Of a stretch of DNA of 64,000 bases, positions 28,086 through 37,541 are shown one piece after another. Origin of the DNA: a virus; the IMG/VR virus record IMGVR_UViG_3300035670_000111, positions 1 through 64,000 of that record; one strand, written 5' to 3'. Within the stretch, counting starts at the first letter, position 1. Each line of letters begins with the position of its first letter. Under the pieces are notes generated by a model, which was not told the DNA's origin, searched no databases, and saw only the letters and a program-made list of their open reading frames with translations. The position numbers and the translations under genes are program-made.

Positions 28086-29002
28086 CAGTTGCCACCAAGA
28101 AGTTTAAGCATCTTTTCTTGATGAGCCGCAAAGTCATCATCTACATACTCCTTCACCTCAGGTTGGATTACCTTACCGTGAACCGTAGGGTAGAACTGAA
28201 AGAATCTTCTGTAAAGTGGATGGCCAACTCCAGCGTCGCTGTAAAGTCTAGGATCGCTAAAGAACATCCGCATAGCTTTTAGTATTGCCACACGTGGAGT
28301 TCCTTTGCCAACAAGATCATTAATCCAAGTAGCAAGATATTTGCCGTTAACCTGACTAGGTACGCCGGGAGCGTGTTCTTTAACCAAATCATAAAACTCG
28401 CCAATGAGGTCTTTGGTATCCCAGAGATCTTCCGGCTTTTCGTATCGGCGCATCACGGCAGGTGTTGACTCAATCGTAGTCTTCTTGTACTTAGCGTTTC
28501 GTTTAGCGATCTTGTCTTCGACTTTGCCCACAGATCCTACTTCGTAGTCCGTGTCTAGTTCTCGCTTCTTTTTTGGCTGAGGTTCATCTATTGGCCAGGG
28601 CATAATCTCCTCTCTTGGCGCGTCAGCGCCTAGATTAGAAATACGTAGTATTTCTAATCTATTACTGCTATCTAGCTTACTAGTAGTGCCTGGTTCACCG
28701 ACGGTCGGGATTCCAGGCATCGGTTGATAATTCCAGTTGAACAGGTCTAAGTAGTGCTGACCCATAGGTGTAAACCGTAGAGTTGTTACCCAACGGCCTC
28801 CTGCAACTTGTTCTTTGAATGCTTTGATGTACCCTGTACGCTTCAGCTCTGAGGCTGCAGCTCGTATGGCATCTCTGCCTTCGTTCATGTAATTAGATTC
28901 AATAACTTCTTCTGTAGACATGGGTCTGCCCACGGTTGCGTAAACCATCCATAGGGCACGAGCCATACCAGAAAGATATGGGTTTAGATTAGGTGCTTGC
29001 AT
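28085..29002 (-). CDS. Replication initiator (replisome organizer)
   Basis: wHTH EGRDAIR.A..EL...GY, P..G.P..G.P linker, directly upstream of the DnaC-like loader. Confidence 0.7.
   Translation of the reverse strand: MQAPNLNPYLSGMARALWMVYATVGRPMSTEEVIESNYMNEGRDAIRAAASELKRTGYIKAFKEQVAGGRWVTTLRFTPMGQHYLDLFNWNYQPMPGIPTVGEPGTTSKLDSSNRLEILRISNLGADAPREEIMPWPIDEPQPKKKRELDTDYEVGSVGKVEDKIAKRNAKYKKTTIESTPAVMRRYEKPEDLWDTKDLIGEFYDLVKEHAPGVPSQVNGKYLATWINDLVGKGTPRVAILKAMRMFFSDPRLYSDAGVGHPLYRRFFQFYPTVHGKVIQPEVKEYVDDDFAAHQEKMLKLLGGN
28617..28726. other. Candidate replication origin inside the initiator gene
   Basis: 14-bp perfect AT-rich inverted repeat 28631-61 next to iteron-like GC repeats. Confidence 0.45.
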
Positions 29003-29022
29003 TTTCCCTCCTTAAGCAGATC

Positions 29023-29298
29023 TTATAGTCGATCGATCCTATTCGGCAAGCCACGCATTTGTCTTACCGACACTCCGGTAAAAGCTTGCTCTACTGCTAG
29101 GGATAATGTCAAACCGACAAACGTTGTGGCTAGAGCGTAGACAACCAAGGTATAGTCATGAACTCCTAGAATGAAAGGGAAGATCATTCCACCGAGTAAA
29201 GCTACTAAGCCTCGCCACTTTCCAATAGGCAAAATTAAGCCTTCTATGGCGGTAAGAATTGAAGCAGTGGCTAGAGCAGAAAGTACCAGAGTTGTCAT
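29023..29298 (-). CDS. Small multi-TM membrane protein
   Basis: Three hydrophobic segments; leaderless TAAAGT-6nt-ATG. Confidence 0.7.
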   Translation of the reverse strand: MTTLVLSALATASILTAIEGLILPIGKWRGLVALLGGMIFPFILGVHDYTLVVYALATTFVGLTLSLAVEQAFTGVSVRQMRGLPNRIDRL

Positions 29299-29307
29299 GC
29301 TTCGACT

Positions 29308-32300
29308 TTACTCTCTGAAAACTACCCTGTCAACATGGAAGGTATGCCCCGGCTCTGGAGTGTCTACGTCAGCTGTTATACGAACCTCAGCATAAGATGC
29401 GCCAATTGTCTCTGCGTTAGTCGCAAAGGTCGCTATATATGCCCAGCGATCATTTCGGCGTAACTCAATAGTTGAGGTCTTAATTAGAATCAGAACATCA
29501 AACTCGTCATAGAAGTTTACTGTTATAGTGTAGTCTCCAAAAGCGTCCACGTTTTCTGGACGTATAGCTGCTGAAGCATAGTAACCTCTTTGGCTTTTAA
29601 CAGAAATATCACCTGAGGTTATACCAAAAGTAGAGCTTGCGGTTGCGTTTACCCTACAAAACGCAGTTCCGTGTGTGGAAGTTTCATCAAATAAGGTACC
29701 TCGAGGAATAGATCTTGTTAAGTTCGCTGATATTCCCGCCCAAGATCCTAAATCGTTTTCAAAAGACGCAGAGGGTATTAACGAATCTTCTAGCTCTGGG
29801 AATGAAAGAGTACTCTTACCTGGAACAATTGCCCAGGTACTTCCATTAGGCATGACTCTAGATAGAGTTGTGTATAGACGGGCGTATTTATCTGCGTATG
29901 TTGTCCAGTAAAGACTTTTTCCACCATTTCTACTCTCGTACTTCATAGCGTACATGTTTACAGAAGGGTTAAGTAGATTAGGTCTTGTAATGGTTTCTGG
30001 AGATGCTGGATCTGTAAACTTGCTAGGTATTCTTCCAAACTCAGCCTGTACTCCATCAAAATAAAACACAGCTGCTGCTCCATTACCTGTAGATAAAGAT
30101 ATGGATAGAGTAAACGACGTCTCTCCCGCAGGCAAAATTCTTTTAGTGTGTATTCTTGTCCATTCGTCTTTATTAGCTTCAGTTACTATGAAATTTCCTG
30201 CGGCCTGTCCTGTAGTGCTGATGGAGTAGGTTCCCGCCTTATTTCTTACATAGGCTGAAACTACTACATCTTCTCCACCTATTGCCGCATATGGCAAATA
30301 TACGGTAGTAGACACTTCTCCACCGCCAGCTTTACTTATCTTGCCCTGTTTATTTCCAAATAAAGCTGGAACTTCAGAAACAGAAGTAAGCGTAGATCCA
30401 GAACCTGCTGTCCAACCAGTTGTTGTTTCTAAAGAGGGAGTAGGTACGTAATTTAAAACACTCTTAGTTTCCCAACGGCAGTCTTCTATGTCAAAAAAAG
30501 TCTCTGTTATAGGAGATATAGGTGTAGGAGCACCGTCTCCGCAGAAAAATGCATCTAGTTCTGAGTTTTGTTGAAATAACGCAGAATCAAAATAAAAGGT
30601 GTCGTTTATGTCTGCAGTGTCTATATACACGGACACTTTTGCAATAGGTTTACCAGAATCTTGAGAGAACACTGGAGATATAGAGCTTACAGATATTCTT
30701 TGAGCAATTGAGTCTATTTCTGCAGGCGCAGAGTCTACGATATATGGTGTTTGAGCGTAGTATTGCCCGTCTTCATCTGAAAGGATTGTAGTCTGTTCAT
30801 CAATGCTTTGTGGCACAGAGTACTCAATTCTTGCAATAGCATTATGGGCAGACCCACTAACGTAAATACTAAATGTATAGCTTTTGCCTGGATCTACGGG
30901 GATCCAATCGGATACTAAAGCTACTCTGTCTTGATCAGTTGTAGCAGTAAGTTTAACTACGCAGTCTCCGTATACTACGGAAGTAGCTGGGGCATTAAAG
31001 TCTTGACTTATGGTTGAGTTAAGAGAATACCAACCACCCAATCCTCCTTCAAAAGTAGGGTTAGGTATTAGGTTTTCAGATTCTCCAGAAACAACTACCT
31101 GAACGAGTCTTGCGTCTTGATACTCTAAGCTGTATTGAGCCTCTGCAAATTGAAGCATATCTAGATAGAACTCTACTTGATTGTCTATAGGAGTTAGCAA
31201 TATATTTAAAGTTGCGTAAGCAGCATCTTCTGGAGCTATTTTTCCATTACGCCCAGCAACAGACCCCGAATTAAATTCTTGCCACGTAGTGCTAACCTGT
31301 AACGCAGAGCTGTATGTTTCAGAGGATATTAGCGTTCCAGACCCATCATGCCAGTTAATTCTTGCCTGTACTGAACCTACTTTGTTAGATACCGCACATC
31401 TTGTCCAACCAGTGAATAAATATCTTTTTCCTGGAGTTACAGGTATCCCATAAAGCACAGGATTGCTTTCACCTAAACTGAGGGTTTCTGGAGAGTTGTG
31501 ACCATGAGCTCTAGCAAATGCGTTTCCTCTAGGAGGAAATAAAAGATCGTACAGGCCTGGAGATGGGGCCGTTACCGCTACTCCTAGTTCTGATAAAGAG
31601 TTTGCAAAAGTGTGTCTATCAAAATCTCCAACGTCAGCTGTCCACCTACCAGTAGATTCTTCAAAAGAAGAATCGTTATAATCCAGCATCAAGTTGTGCC
31701 CAGTTACTACTTCGTTAGTCCAGTGAGTCAAAGCAGTTGTATAAGATTTTACTCCCGAAGGGGTTCCCTTTAAGCTATTAATAATGTTTCCAGAGCCGTA
31801 TAAAGCTCTGTGATATAGATCGCCAAGAGCAGGCTCATAGCTAAAACCAAGGTCTGTTATTTTATTTTTTAATATAGCAGATGGAAGATACTGATAGTTT
31901 GAGCTTTTATACAGAAGTTCAGCCTCTGTTCTAAACTTATCGTATTCAAATGCATAAGCTGATAGTGTGTTATACAGGTCGGAATCTTCTGGCTCACCGG
32001 TAGCATCTCCTGGTTCGTTAAGCCAAGATCTAGGAATCCACTTGCTTATCTTATTTAAAGTATCAGTTTGACTTATTAAGACAGCTCTAGCGCTTCCGCA
32101 ATTAATCCAACGAATTCCGTTAAAGATCCAAAAAGAATAGGTTACTTCTGACCCCTCACTTATGGTGTCAAAATCAATCTTAGACAGACGATAGTTAGTA
32201 ATAAGATCGCCGTCTACCAAAACACCGTCGTATGGGTTGTTAGGGGCACCTGCGTAGCTCTTAATCAATTTCCAATGAGTGGGGCGACCAACTGTTGCAG

Positions 32301-32676
32301 AGCCTACCGGATCTATTGTGGTCAGCGGGATATCTGCGTTTGACTTAGTATATGTAAAAGTAGTGGGTGAGAGGATAGAGCTAATTGTATAGTTTCCGTT
32401 TGTAGCCTCTAAAGTTCCGCTTATGTTTACTGGAAGGTTCTCAATAAAATTGTGAGCAGACGCAGTGGTTACGGTAACAACGTTATCTTCTAACACAATA
32501 GAAACAACCTGGGCAATAATGTAGTCAGCAGGGTCGCTGGTTACAGAACCCCAAACTATAGAAACTGTTTGATAGTCATAGGACCAGGCTCTTAAATTTA
32601 CGTTGTTATAGACACGGGTGTTTTCTATTTCACCGTATTTGGGTAAGCCGTATGGAGCAAACGAATACTTAGCCAT
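29308..32676 (-). CDS. Baseplate/tail protein (P2 gpI-like wedge segment plus about four CBM-like domains)
   Basis: KGTPSG wedge motif; repeated N.(I/V)P.P(T/S)FE..L.GW modules; N-terminal FCCH-like beta module. Confidence 0.75.
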   Translation of the reverse strand: MAKYSFAPYGLPKYGEIENTRVYNNVNLRAWSYDYQTVSIVWGSVTSDPADYIIAQVVSIVLEDNVVTVTTASAHNFIENLPVNISGTLEATNGNYTISSILSPTTFTYTKSNADIPLTTIDPVGSATVGRPTHWKLIKSYAGAPNNPYDGVLVDGDLITNYRLSKIDFDTISEGSEVTYSFWIFNGIRWINCGSARAVLISQTDTLNKISKWIPRSWLNEPGDATGEPEDSDLYNTLSAYAFEYDKFRTEAELLYKSSNYQYLPSAILKNKITDLGFSYEPALGDLYHRALYGSGNIINSLKGTPSGVKSYTTALTHWTNEVVTGHNLMLDYNDSSFEESTGRWTADVGDFDRHTFANSLSELGVAVTAPSPGLYDLLFPPRGNAFARAHGHNSPETLSLGESNPVLYGIPVTPGKRYLFTGWTRCAVSNKVGSVQARINWHDGSGTLISSETYSSALQVSTTWQEFNSGSVAGRNGKIAPEDAAYATLNILLTPIDNQVEFYLDMLQFAEAQYSLEYQDARLVQVVVSGESENLIPNPTFEGGLGGWYSLNSTISQDFNAPATSVVYGDCVVKLTATTDQDRVALVSDWIPVDPGKSYTFSIYVSGSAHNAIARIEYSVPQSIDEQTTILSDEDGQYYAQTPYIVDSAPAEIDSIAQRISVSSISPVFSQDSGKPIAKVSVYIDTADINDTFYFDSALFQQNSELDAFFCGDGAPTPISPITETFFDIEDCRWETKSVLNYVPTPSLETTTGWTAGSGSTLTSVSEVPALFGNKQGKISKAGGGEVSTTVYLPYAAIGGEDVVVSAYVRNKAGTYSISTTGQAAGNFIVTEANKDEWTRIHTKRILPAGETSFTLSISLSTGNGAAAVFYFDGVQAEFGRIPSKFTDPASPETITRPNLLNPSVNMYAMKYESRNGGKSLYWTTYADKYARLYTTLSRVMPNGSTWAIVPGKSTLSFPELEDSLIPSASFENDLGSWAGISANLTRSIPRGTLFDETSTHGTAFCRVNATASSTFGITSGDISVKSQRGYYASAAIRPENVDAFGDYTITVNFYDEFDVLILIKTSTIELRRNDRWAYIATFATNAETIGASYAEVRITADVDTPEPGHTFHVDRVVFRE

Positions 32677-33216
32677 TTACATCCCTGCAAGTAAAAACGG
32701 ATCAAACCTTACCGCTTCAGCCTGAGCTAGTGCGGTGTTCGCTGTGTTATTTAGTGTGTTGTATTCAGTACTGCCTACGTATAATACATTTGCCGCGTTC
32801 ACTTTTGGTATGCCTGCGCTGTTTATATTAAAACCCAAAGTGTTATCAGAAGCCCTGGCTTCAAAAATATTAGAAGTTCCAGAAATAGTTTTAATGACTA
32901 AGCCGACAGTTCCAGCTGTAGGTTGGATAGCGTCGCCGGCTTTTTTAACGTATGGGCTATTGATACCAGTTCCGCTAACTAATCCAGCTTCAATATTATT
33001 GATGCGCTGATCTAAGCTTGTCCACTCAGTAGTGGTAGAGAACGTGCCGGTATAGGTAGAGGTTAGCGGGTTTCCTCCTAGAGCTGTAGCTCCAAGAACT
33101 ATTTCTAGAGCACGTACTTCGTCCTGGATGGCGTTTACGTGGTCGGCAAGTACGGTATCTACAAGGTCAACCTTGTTCGTAAATGTACGAATACTTGAGG
33201 GATATGATGCTGGCAT
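32677..33216 (-). CDS. Virion structural protein (fibre-associated)
   Basis: A.HVN.IQDEV, YVKKAGD, terminal PFLLAGM. Confidence 0.65.
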   Translation of the reverse strand: MPASYPSSIRTFTNKVDLVDTVLADHVNAIQDEVRALEIVLGATALGGNPLTSTYTGTFSTTTEWTSLDQRINNIEAGLVSGTGINSPYVKKAGDAIQPTAGTVGLVIKTISGTSNIFEARASDNTLGFNINSAGIPKVNAANVLYVGSTEYNTLNNTANTALAQAEAVRFDPFLLAGM

Positions 33217-33249
33217 TTTAGATACCTCTTCCTAGTTTTTGGTATTTTC

Positions 33250-34797
33250 TCACGATAGTCCACCAGTTGTCGTGATAATCAGGTTGTCCGGTAAAAGAAA
33301 TGGGATTTGGCTAGCGGTTAGGGAAATATTGCCGGCAGAGGCACCGTTGTCCGTATTTAACTTTGTTACGGTTACTGACTCTACACCTTCAATTCCAGCA
33401 GCTGTAGCTATTACTTTAGAGAAAGCTATAGATCTTGCAAAGGTGTTTTGTTCAAATGAAAAAAGCTGATTATCGTCTAAGAAAGCTTTGATAAGGTTTA
33501 GCTTAACAGTGTTGTTTCTGTAAGACGGGTTTACGGTTACTGATAGTGAAACGTATAAAGGCACATATGTAGGCGGTTGAGTAGTAATAGTTGTTCCAAC
33601 AGGAACCTTGTCCTGCATATACAGACTTACATTAGAAGCAAGATCTGTCCAAGCTGTTGTTGGGTTTCCACTCTGGATTCCTGGGGTACTAGTGCCGTCA
33701 TTTTGAGGTTGGATGTAAAGAGTGATGGAGCTATAGACTGCCCCTACCGCGTTTACTTTTCCAATTTGAGGTACTTGTAGCGCTATGTACTTGTAATCAT
33801 CTAGGGTTACTGCTCGACGTCTAGCAATAATTGCAGCTTTAATTTTATTTCTAAGCTGGGTGTTGTCATCTGCGTCTGCTCCACCAAATGCGGCTGCGGA
33901 GTTAGTAGCGGTTAAATATGAAATAGCTTCTGGGTCTATGTTTCCTGGAATGAACGTTACTTCAGATATAGCATTAGAAACTACGTTTCCTGCTTCTCCT
34001 ACGCTTGTTTTGTACAGAGCGCTAATTAGCTGTCCCGTAGCAGGGATAGAACCATTAATTCCATCCCCAAATACAATTGTTAAACTTCCATCTTCATTTT
34101 GAGACGTAGTAAATACTAGATCCGTTGGACTAGCGTTAGACAAGCTGTCTGTGTATGTCCATGGGGCAAATGCAGCTCCCTGGCCTACATACACTATTAG
34201 AGACGCATCTACTACGCCAATATCAGTAATCGTGAACTCTTGATTAGACTCTCCGCTAGAAGTTCCTAGGCTTGAAGGAAGTGGCTTATTATTGCTAGGA
34301 TTGATAAGATCTGGGCGATCTGTATTTACTGTTTTACCTTCTTTTGCAGTCAAGGTTATTTCTTGATTTGGCTGAAGCTGAATTGCAGCTTGAGTAGTTT
34401 CAAAATAAACTTCTGTATACGGACCAAATAACAGCGGGGCCATAACTTGAGTACCAATAGGTATATCTATAGCCGCTGTGCTTATATTTTCAAAAGTTAC
34501 AGATACTGTGGCTGGGGTAGGACCAGAGGGTTTGTAGCCATACAACTCAGCAAAATTTAATAGGGTAGATCTTTGAACAGCGGTGTCAACAGTGGTTTCA
34601 TTAGCTACTCTGTCCAGGTAATAGGACATTATGTCGCCCATATAAGCAAAAGCCTCTACAAGAACTCCACCCAAATCAGATGGATCAGACGCATCCCAGT
34701 CAAGCTGAGTACGTGCATTTATAAGATTTATAAGGTCATTTTTTAGTGCCGCAAAATCTCTAGAGGTATAGTCTATTTGTATTTCGTTAGCCATCAT
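33250..34797 (-). CDS. Baseplate wedge protein (gpJ/gp6-like)
   Basis: IDYTSRDF, D.G..L.E..AY.GD, FGDG..G.IP, GGAD, RAVT..DY. Confidence 0.92.
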   Translation of the reverse strand: MMANEIQIDYTSRDFAALKNDLINLINARTQLDWDASDPSDLGGVLVEAFAYMGDIMSYYLDRVANETTVDTAVQRSTLLNFAELYGYKPSGPTPATVSVTFENISTAAIDIPIGTQVMAPLLFGPYTEVYFETTQAAIQLQPNQEITLTAKEGKTVNTDRPDLINPSNNKPLPSSLGTSSGESNQEFTITDIGVVDASLIVYVGQGAAFAPWTYTDSLSNASPTDLVFTTSQNEDGSLTIVFGDGINGSIPATGQLISALYKTSVGEAGNVVSNAISEVTFIPGNIDPEAISYLTATNSAAAFGGADADDNTQLRNKIKAAIIARRRAVTLDDYKYIALQVPQIGKVNAVGAVYSSITLYIQPQNDGTSTPGIQSGNPTTAWTDLASNVSLYMQDKVPVGTTITTQPPTYVPLYVSLSVTVNPSYRNNTVKLNLIKAFLDDNQLFSFEQNTFARSIAFSKVIATAAGIEGVESVTVTKLNTDNGASAGNISLTASQIPFLLPDNLIITTTGGLS

Positions 34798-35204
34798 AAC
34801 TCCGTTGCTGAGATAGTTCCGTCTATATTAAAAATTGCCGTGCTTACTGAAAGAGTAGTTATAGTGCTATTAGGAAGTTTAACTAGGATCTCAACTTCTG
34901 CCGACCCACTTTCATCTGGCAAAGACACGTTTATTTCCTCTATAGATATTTCTGGTAGCCAAACATTCACGGCGCTTCTTACTGCTTGATTAATGGAAAA
35001 CTCAAGTTGGTTATCATTTTCGTAAAGGGCTCTAAGAACGTCTGTACCATACTCAGGAAGCATGGGCCTTTGCCCCGGACTAGTGGATAACAAAGTTAGC
35101 AAACGATCTATGTAGATTTTTACTGGGTTTTCCGTACTATCTAAAACACCTAGTGGGCTAAGAGTAAAGGGATAGGATATTGCGCTCACTGTACTCCAAT
35201 CCAA
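34794..35204 (-). CDS. Baseplate wedge subunit gp25/gpW-like
   Basis: LL.T.PGQRPM.PEYG. Confidence 0.88.
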   Translation of the reverse strand: MDWSTVSAISYPFTLSPLGVLDSTENPVKIYIDRLLTLLSTSPGQRPMLPEYGTDVLRALYENDNQLEFSINQAVRSAVNVWLPEISIEEINVSLPDESGSAEVEILVKLPNSTITTLSVSTAIFNIDGTISATEL

Positions 35205-35839
35205 ACAGGGTATTCGGGATCTCCGGCTATGAACATGACCCAGACCATCTGCCCCTTATATGGGATCAAACGATGAGGGGTATGTTCGGCTACTCGAGCT
35301 GGGTCAGAAGATCTATTGGTGCCAAAACCAGCAGCTATAGGGTCTATGTCTAAACCCCCGGCTGTTAGGTTTTGTTCCTGAGAATCATTCCACCGCTGAG
35401 TAGTGTTTGCTATTGTATCGTGGGCATGGGTTAATTTATAGGTTGTATCTGGAGTCTTTCCGGCATGGTTGTTTGTGTGGGCATCATGAGCAAGGCTTAT
35501 TACTACAGGGTGAGTATGAGCTGTACCGGCTGATGCGGCCCCACTTGTTACCGTAGCTGAGTGGGTAGCGTGAGTCGCGTGTGCTTGCAGCAAATTAGCT
35601 ACTTCAGAAGCTAGGTGAGGCAAATGATCTGGATGATTTGCATTAGCTATTATTGGGTTGCAAGCTCTTGCCCATCCCGTAACTTCTTGACCAGTTGTTT
35701 GAAATACCTTTACCTTAATACGTCCCTTTTTTAGGGGATCTTGAATATCTTCGACTTTAGCTTCGTATATGCCAAAAAACCTATTACGACCTACTGGGTC
35801 CATGCCATATTCAGAATCGGCTACATGCTTGTATTTCAT
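35186..35839 (-). CDS. Central spike gp5/gpV OB-fold with His-rich insertion
   Basis: G.Y.A.V....DP...GRIKV.V..W and P..G..VWVMF.AGDP.YPVW.G flank an insert with 15 His. Confidence 0.8.
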   Translation of the reverse strand: MKYKHVADSEYGMDPVGRNRFFGIYEAKVEDIQDPLKKGRIKVKVFQTTGQEVTGWARACNPIIANANHPDHLPHLASEVANLLQAHATHATHSATVTSGAASAGTAHTHPVVISLAHDAHTNNHAGKTPDTTYKLTHAHDTIANTTQRWNDSQEQNLTAGGLDIDPIAAGFGTNRSSDPARVAEHTPHRLIPYKGQMVWVMFIAGDPEYPVWIGVQ

Positions 35840-36432
35840 ACAGCCTCCCATTTTACAGTTCTTTTAACTCTAGAAAAATTAGGAGGTTTAACAGAATATG
35901 GATCTTCTGGTATGACAGTTTCTGGTACAGCTGTTTCTCTAGGCTTTACCACGGAGGTAGGCTCTGTCTTTCCATAAGTTGGGGTTAAACTAGAACTATT
36001 AATTGCAAAAGAATAATCTTTTAAATTAGATTCAGCAGACGTTAATGCTTGATTAGATAGCTCTCCCTGTATATCTCTTATAGGAGTAGCATTTCTAGCT
36101 GAATCAGTGGTATCACCAATAGTGTCAGTTCCTATATCTACTTCCATCATATAGTCAGCGGGACTTCCCCCAAAAATATGTTTTACAGAGAGTACCGTCC
36201 AATATCCAGAAAGCCCATTAGGCAACCCGTCTAGATAGATGGCCTCATAAGGCTTTACAAGAGAATTGCCTACAAGCACTACTCTCGCCCGGTACTGGTA
36301 TCGCTTTGCATCAGCTAAGTCGTTGGCAATGTACTTAGACTCAGTTAAGCTTGTAGCTACATCATAAACTTGATGCTTTTGAAAAGAAGCTACGTTTTCT
36401 TCGGTTCCTTTAGTATATCTAGAGAGTGTCAT
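35836..36432 (-). CDS. Baseplate hub (gpD/gp27-like), C-terminal part
   Basis: GN..VKP...I.L.G....SGYW.V.SV.H; GAGGAG RBS. Confidence 0.7.
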   Translation of the reverse strand: MTLSRYTKGTEENVASFQKHQVYDVATSLTESKYIANDLADAKRYQYRARVVLVGNSLVKPYEAIYLDGLPNGLSGYWTVLSVKHIFGGSPADYMMEVDIGTDTIGDTTDSARNATPIRDIQGELSNQALTSAESNLKDYSFAINSSSLTPTYGKTEPTSVVKPRETAVPETVIPEDPYSVKPPNFSRVKRTVKWEAV

Positions 36433-37270
36433 CAAAGAACTCCTCGCTAGGTACTACAACACCTTTGTCTTCAAAATTAAAGTCTTTTAGTTTATGCAAT
36501 GTGGCAATGATGGTTCCAGTACGCTCATTGTAACCGGTGATTATGCGATCAACCTTTGCTCCCATTTCTGGAGCGGTATCCGAGATCTCAGGCTTAAAGC
36601 TTATTATAGTTCCATAGCTGCGGTTATACTTAACAGATGTGCCGCCTATCTCTGAATCTATGTATTCAAAATAAGGAGCGCTTTGTTTACTTTTAGTAAA
36701 AATTTTATTCTTAGATACAAAATAAATAGTAGTTCCTTCAGATCTTAAAGCAAAACCCGTCTGCTTTGCTAGACGTCGTAGCAACTGCCAGTCTGTTTGC
36801 CCTGCTTGAACTATAGTTTTTCGTACTCTAGGATGGCGTTGAGTAACCGCTTTCATCCCTGTTTTTTCAGCAATCTTTTTAACTACCTGATCTGCAGTTA
36901 CGTTTTTATATATTTTTTGATCTGTATTTTTTAATACGTGAGATGCTGAAATACAGATTATATCTGTATTGTTTGAGTCTAAATCGTCTTTAGGGTCTAT
37001 AGCATAGACGTAGCCTACAAACTCTTGCTTTATTCTATCTGTAGTAAAGGTGAACCTAACTGGGTCTTCAGATTTAATAACAGTATCGTCATTGAAGGGT
37101 TTGCCCTTAAAGTGAAGCACTAAACGGTCGTGCTGTTCAGTATCTTGATATAGCTCAGCTCCAATTAACAGCATTTCTAGATCTGGAGTTTTAGGCAACT
37201 CTACTTTATAGGTAGAGTAGTTAGCTGTAGACTCGTATACATAATTGCGTTGAAAGTTATTAGTTGTCAT
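36419..37270 (-). CDS. Baseplate hub (gpD/gp27-like), N-terminal part
   Basis: F.GYV, ..V.KIA...G, Q.GQTDWQLLRRLA...GF. Confidence 0.8.
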   Translation of the reverse strand: MTTNNFQRNYVYESTANYSTYKVELPKTPDLEMLLIGAELYQDTEQHDRLVLHFKGKPFNDDTVIKSEDPVRFTFTTDRIKQEFVGYVYAIDPKDDLDSNNTDIICISASHVLKNTDQKIYKNVTADQVVKKIAEKTGMKAVTQRHPRVRKTIVQAGQTDWQLLRRLAKQTGFALRSEGTTIYFVSKNKIFTKSKQSAPYFEYIDSEIGGTSVKYNRSYGTIISFKPEISDTAPEMGAKVDRIITGYNERTGTIIATLHKLKDFNFEDKGVVVPSEEFFDDTL

Positions 37271-37541
37271 ATGGAATCCTAATAACAGTTCCTGGGGCTA
37301 TGTTAGTTGGATCAACTATTTCTGGATTTATTTCTAAAATTTCCCACCAGTACTTAGAATGACCTATGTACACTTTAGCTAGGGCACCTAAACTATCTCC
37401 GTCAATCCAGGTGTATTCCACATATTGGACAGACTTGCTTTCAGGAAATTTTCTAAAAACTCCAATAGAGTACTGTCCCGTATATTTTTGTTTTATTTGA
37501 AACAAAGGCCCGTCGTAATATCGAGAAACTCTTTCTATCAT
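37260..37541 (-). CDS. LysM/tail-X-like baseplate protein
   Basis: GDSL..LA..Y.G...WW.I...NP.I.DP..I.PGT.IRIP. Confidence 0.88.
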   Translation of the reverse strand: MIERVSRYYDGPLFQIKQKYTGQYSIGVFRKFPESKSVQYVEYTWIDGDSLGALAKVYIGHSKYWWEILEINPEIVDPTNIAPGTVIRIPYDN

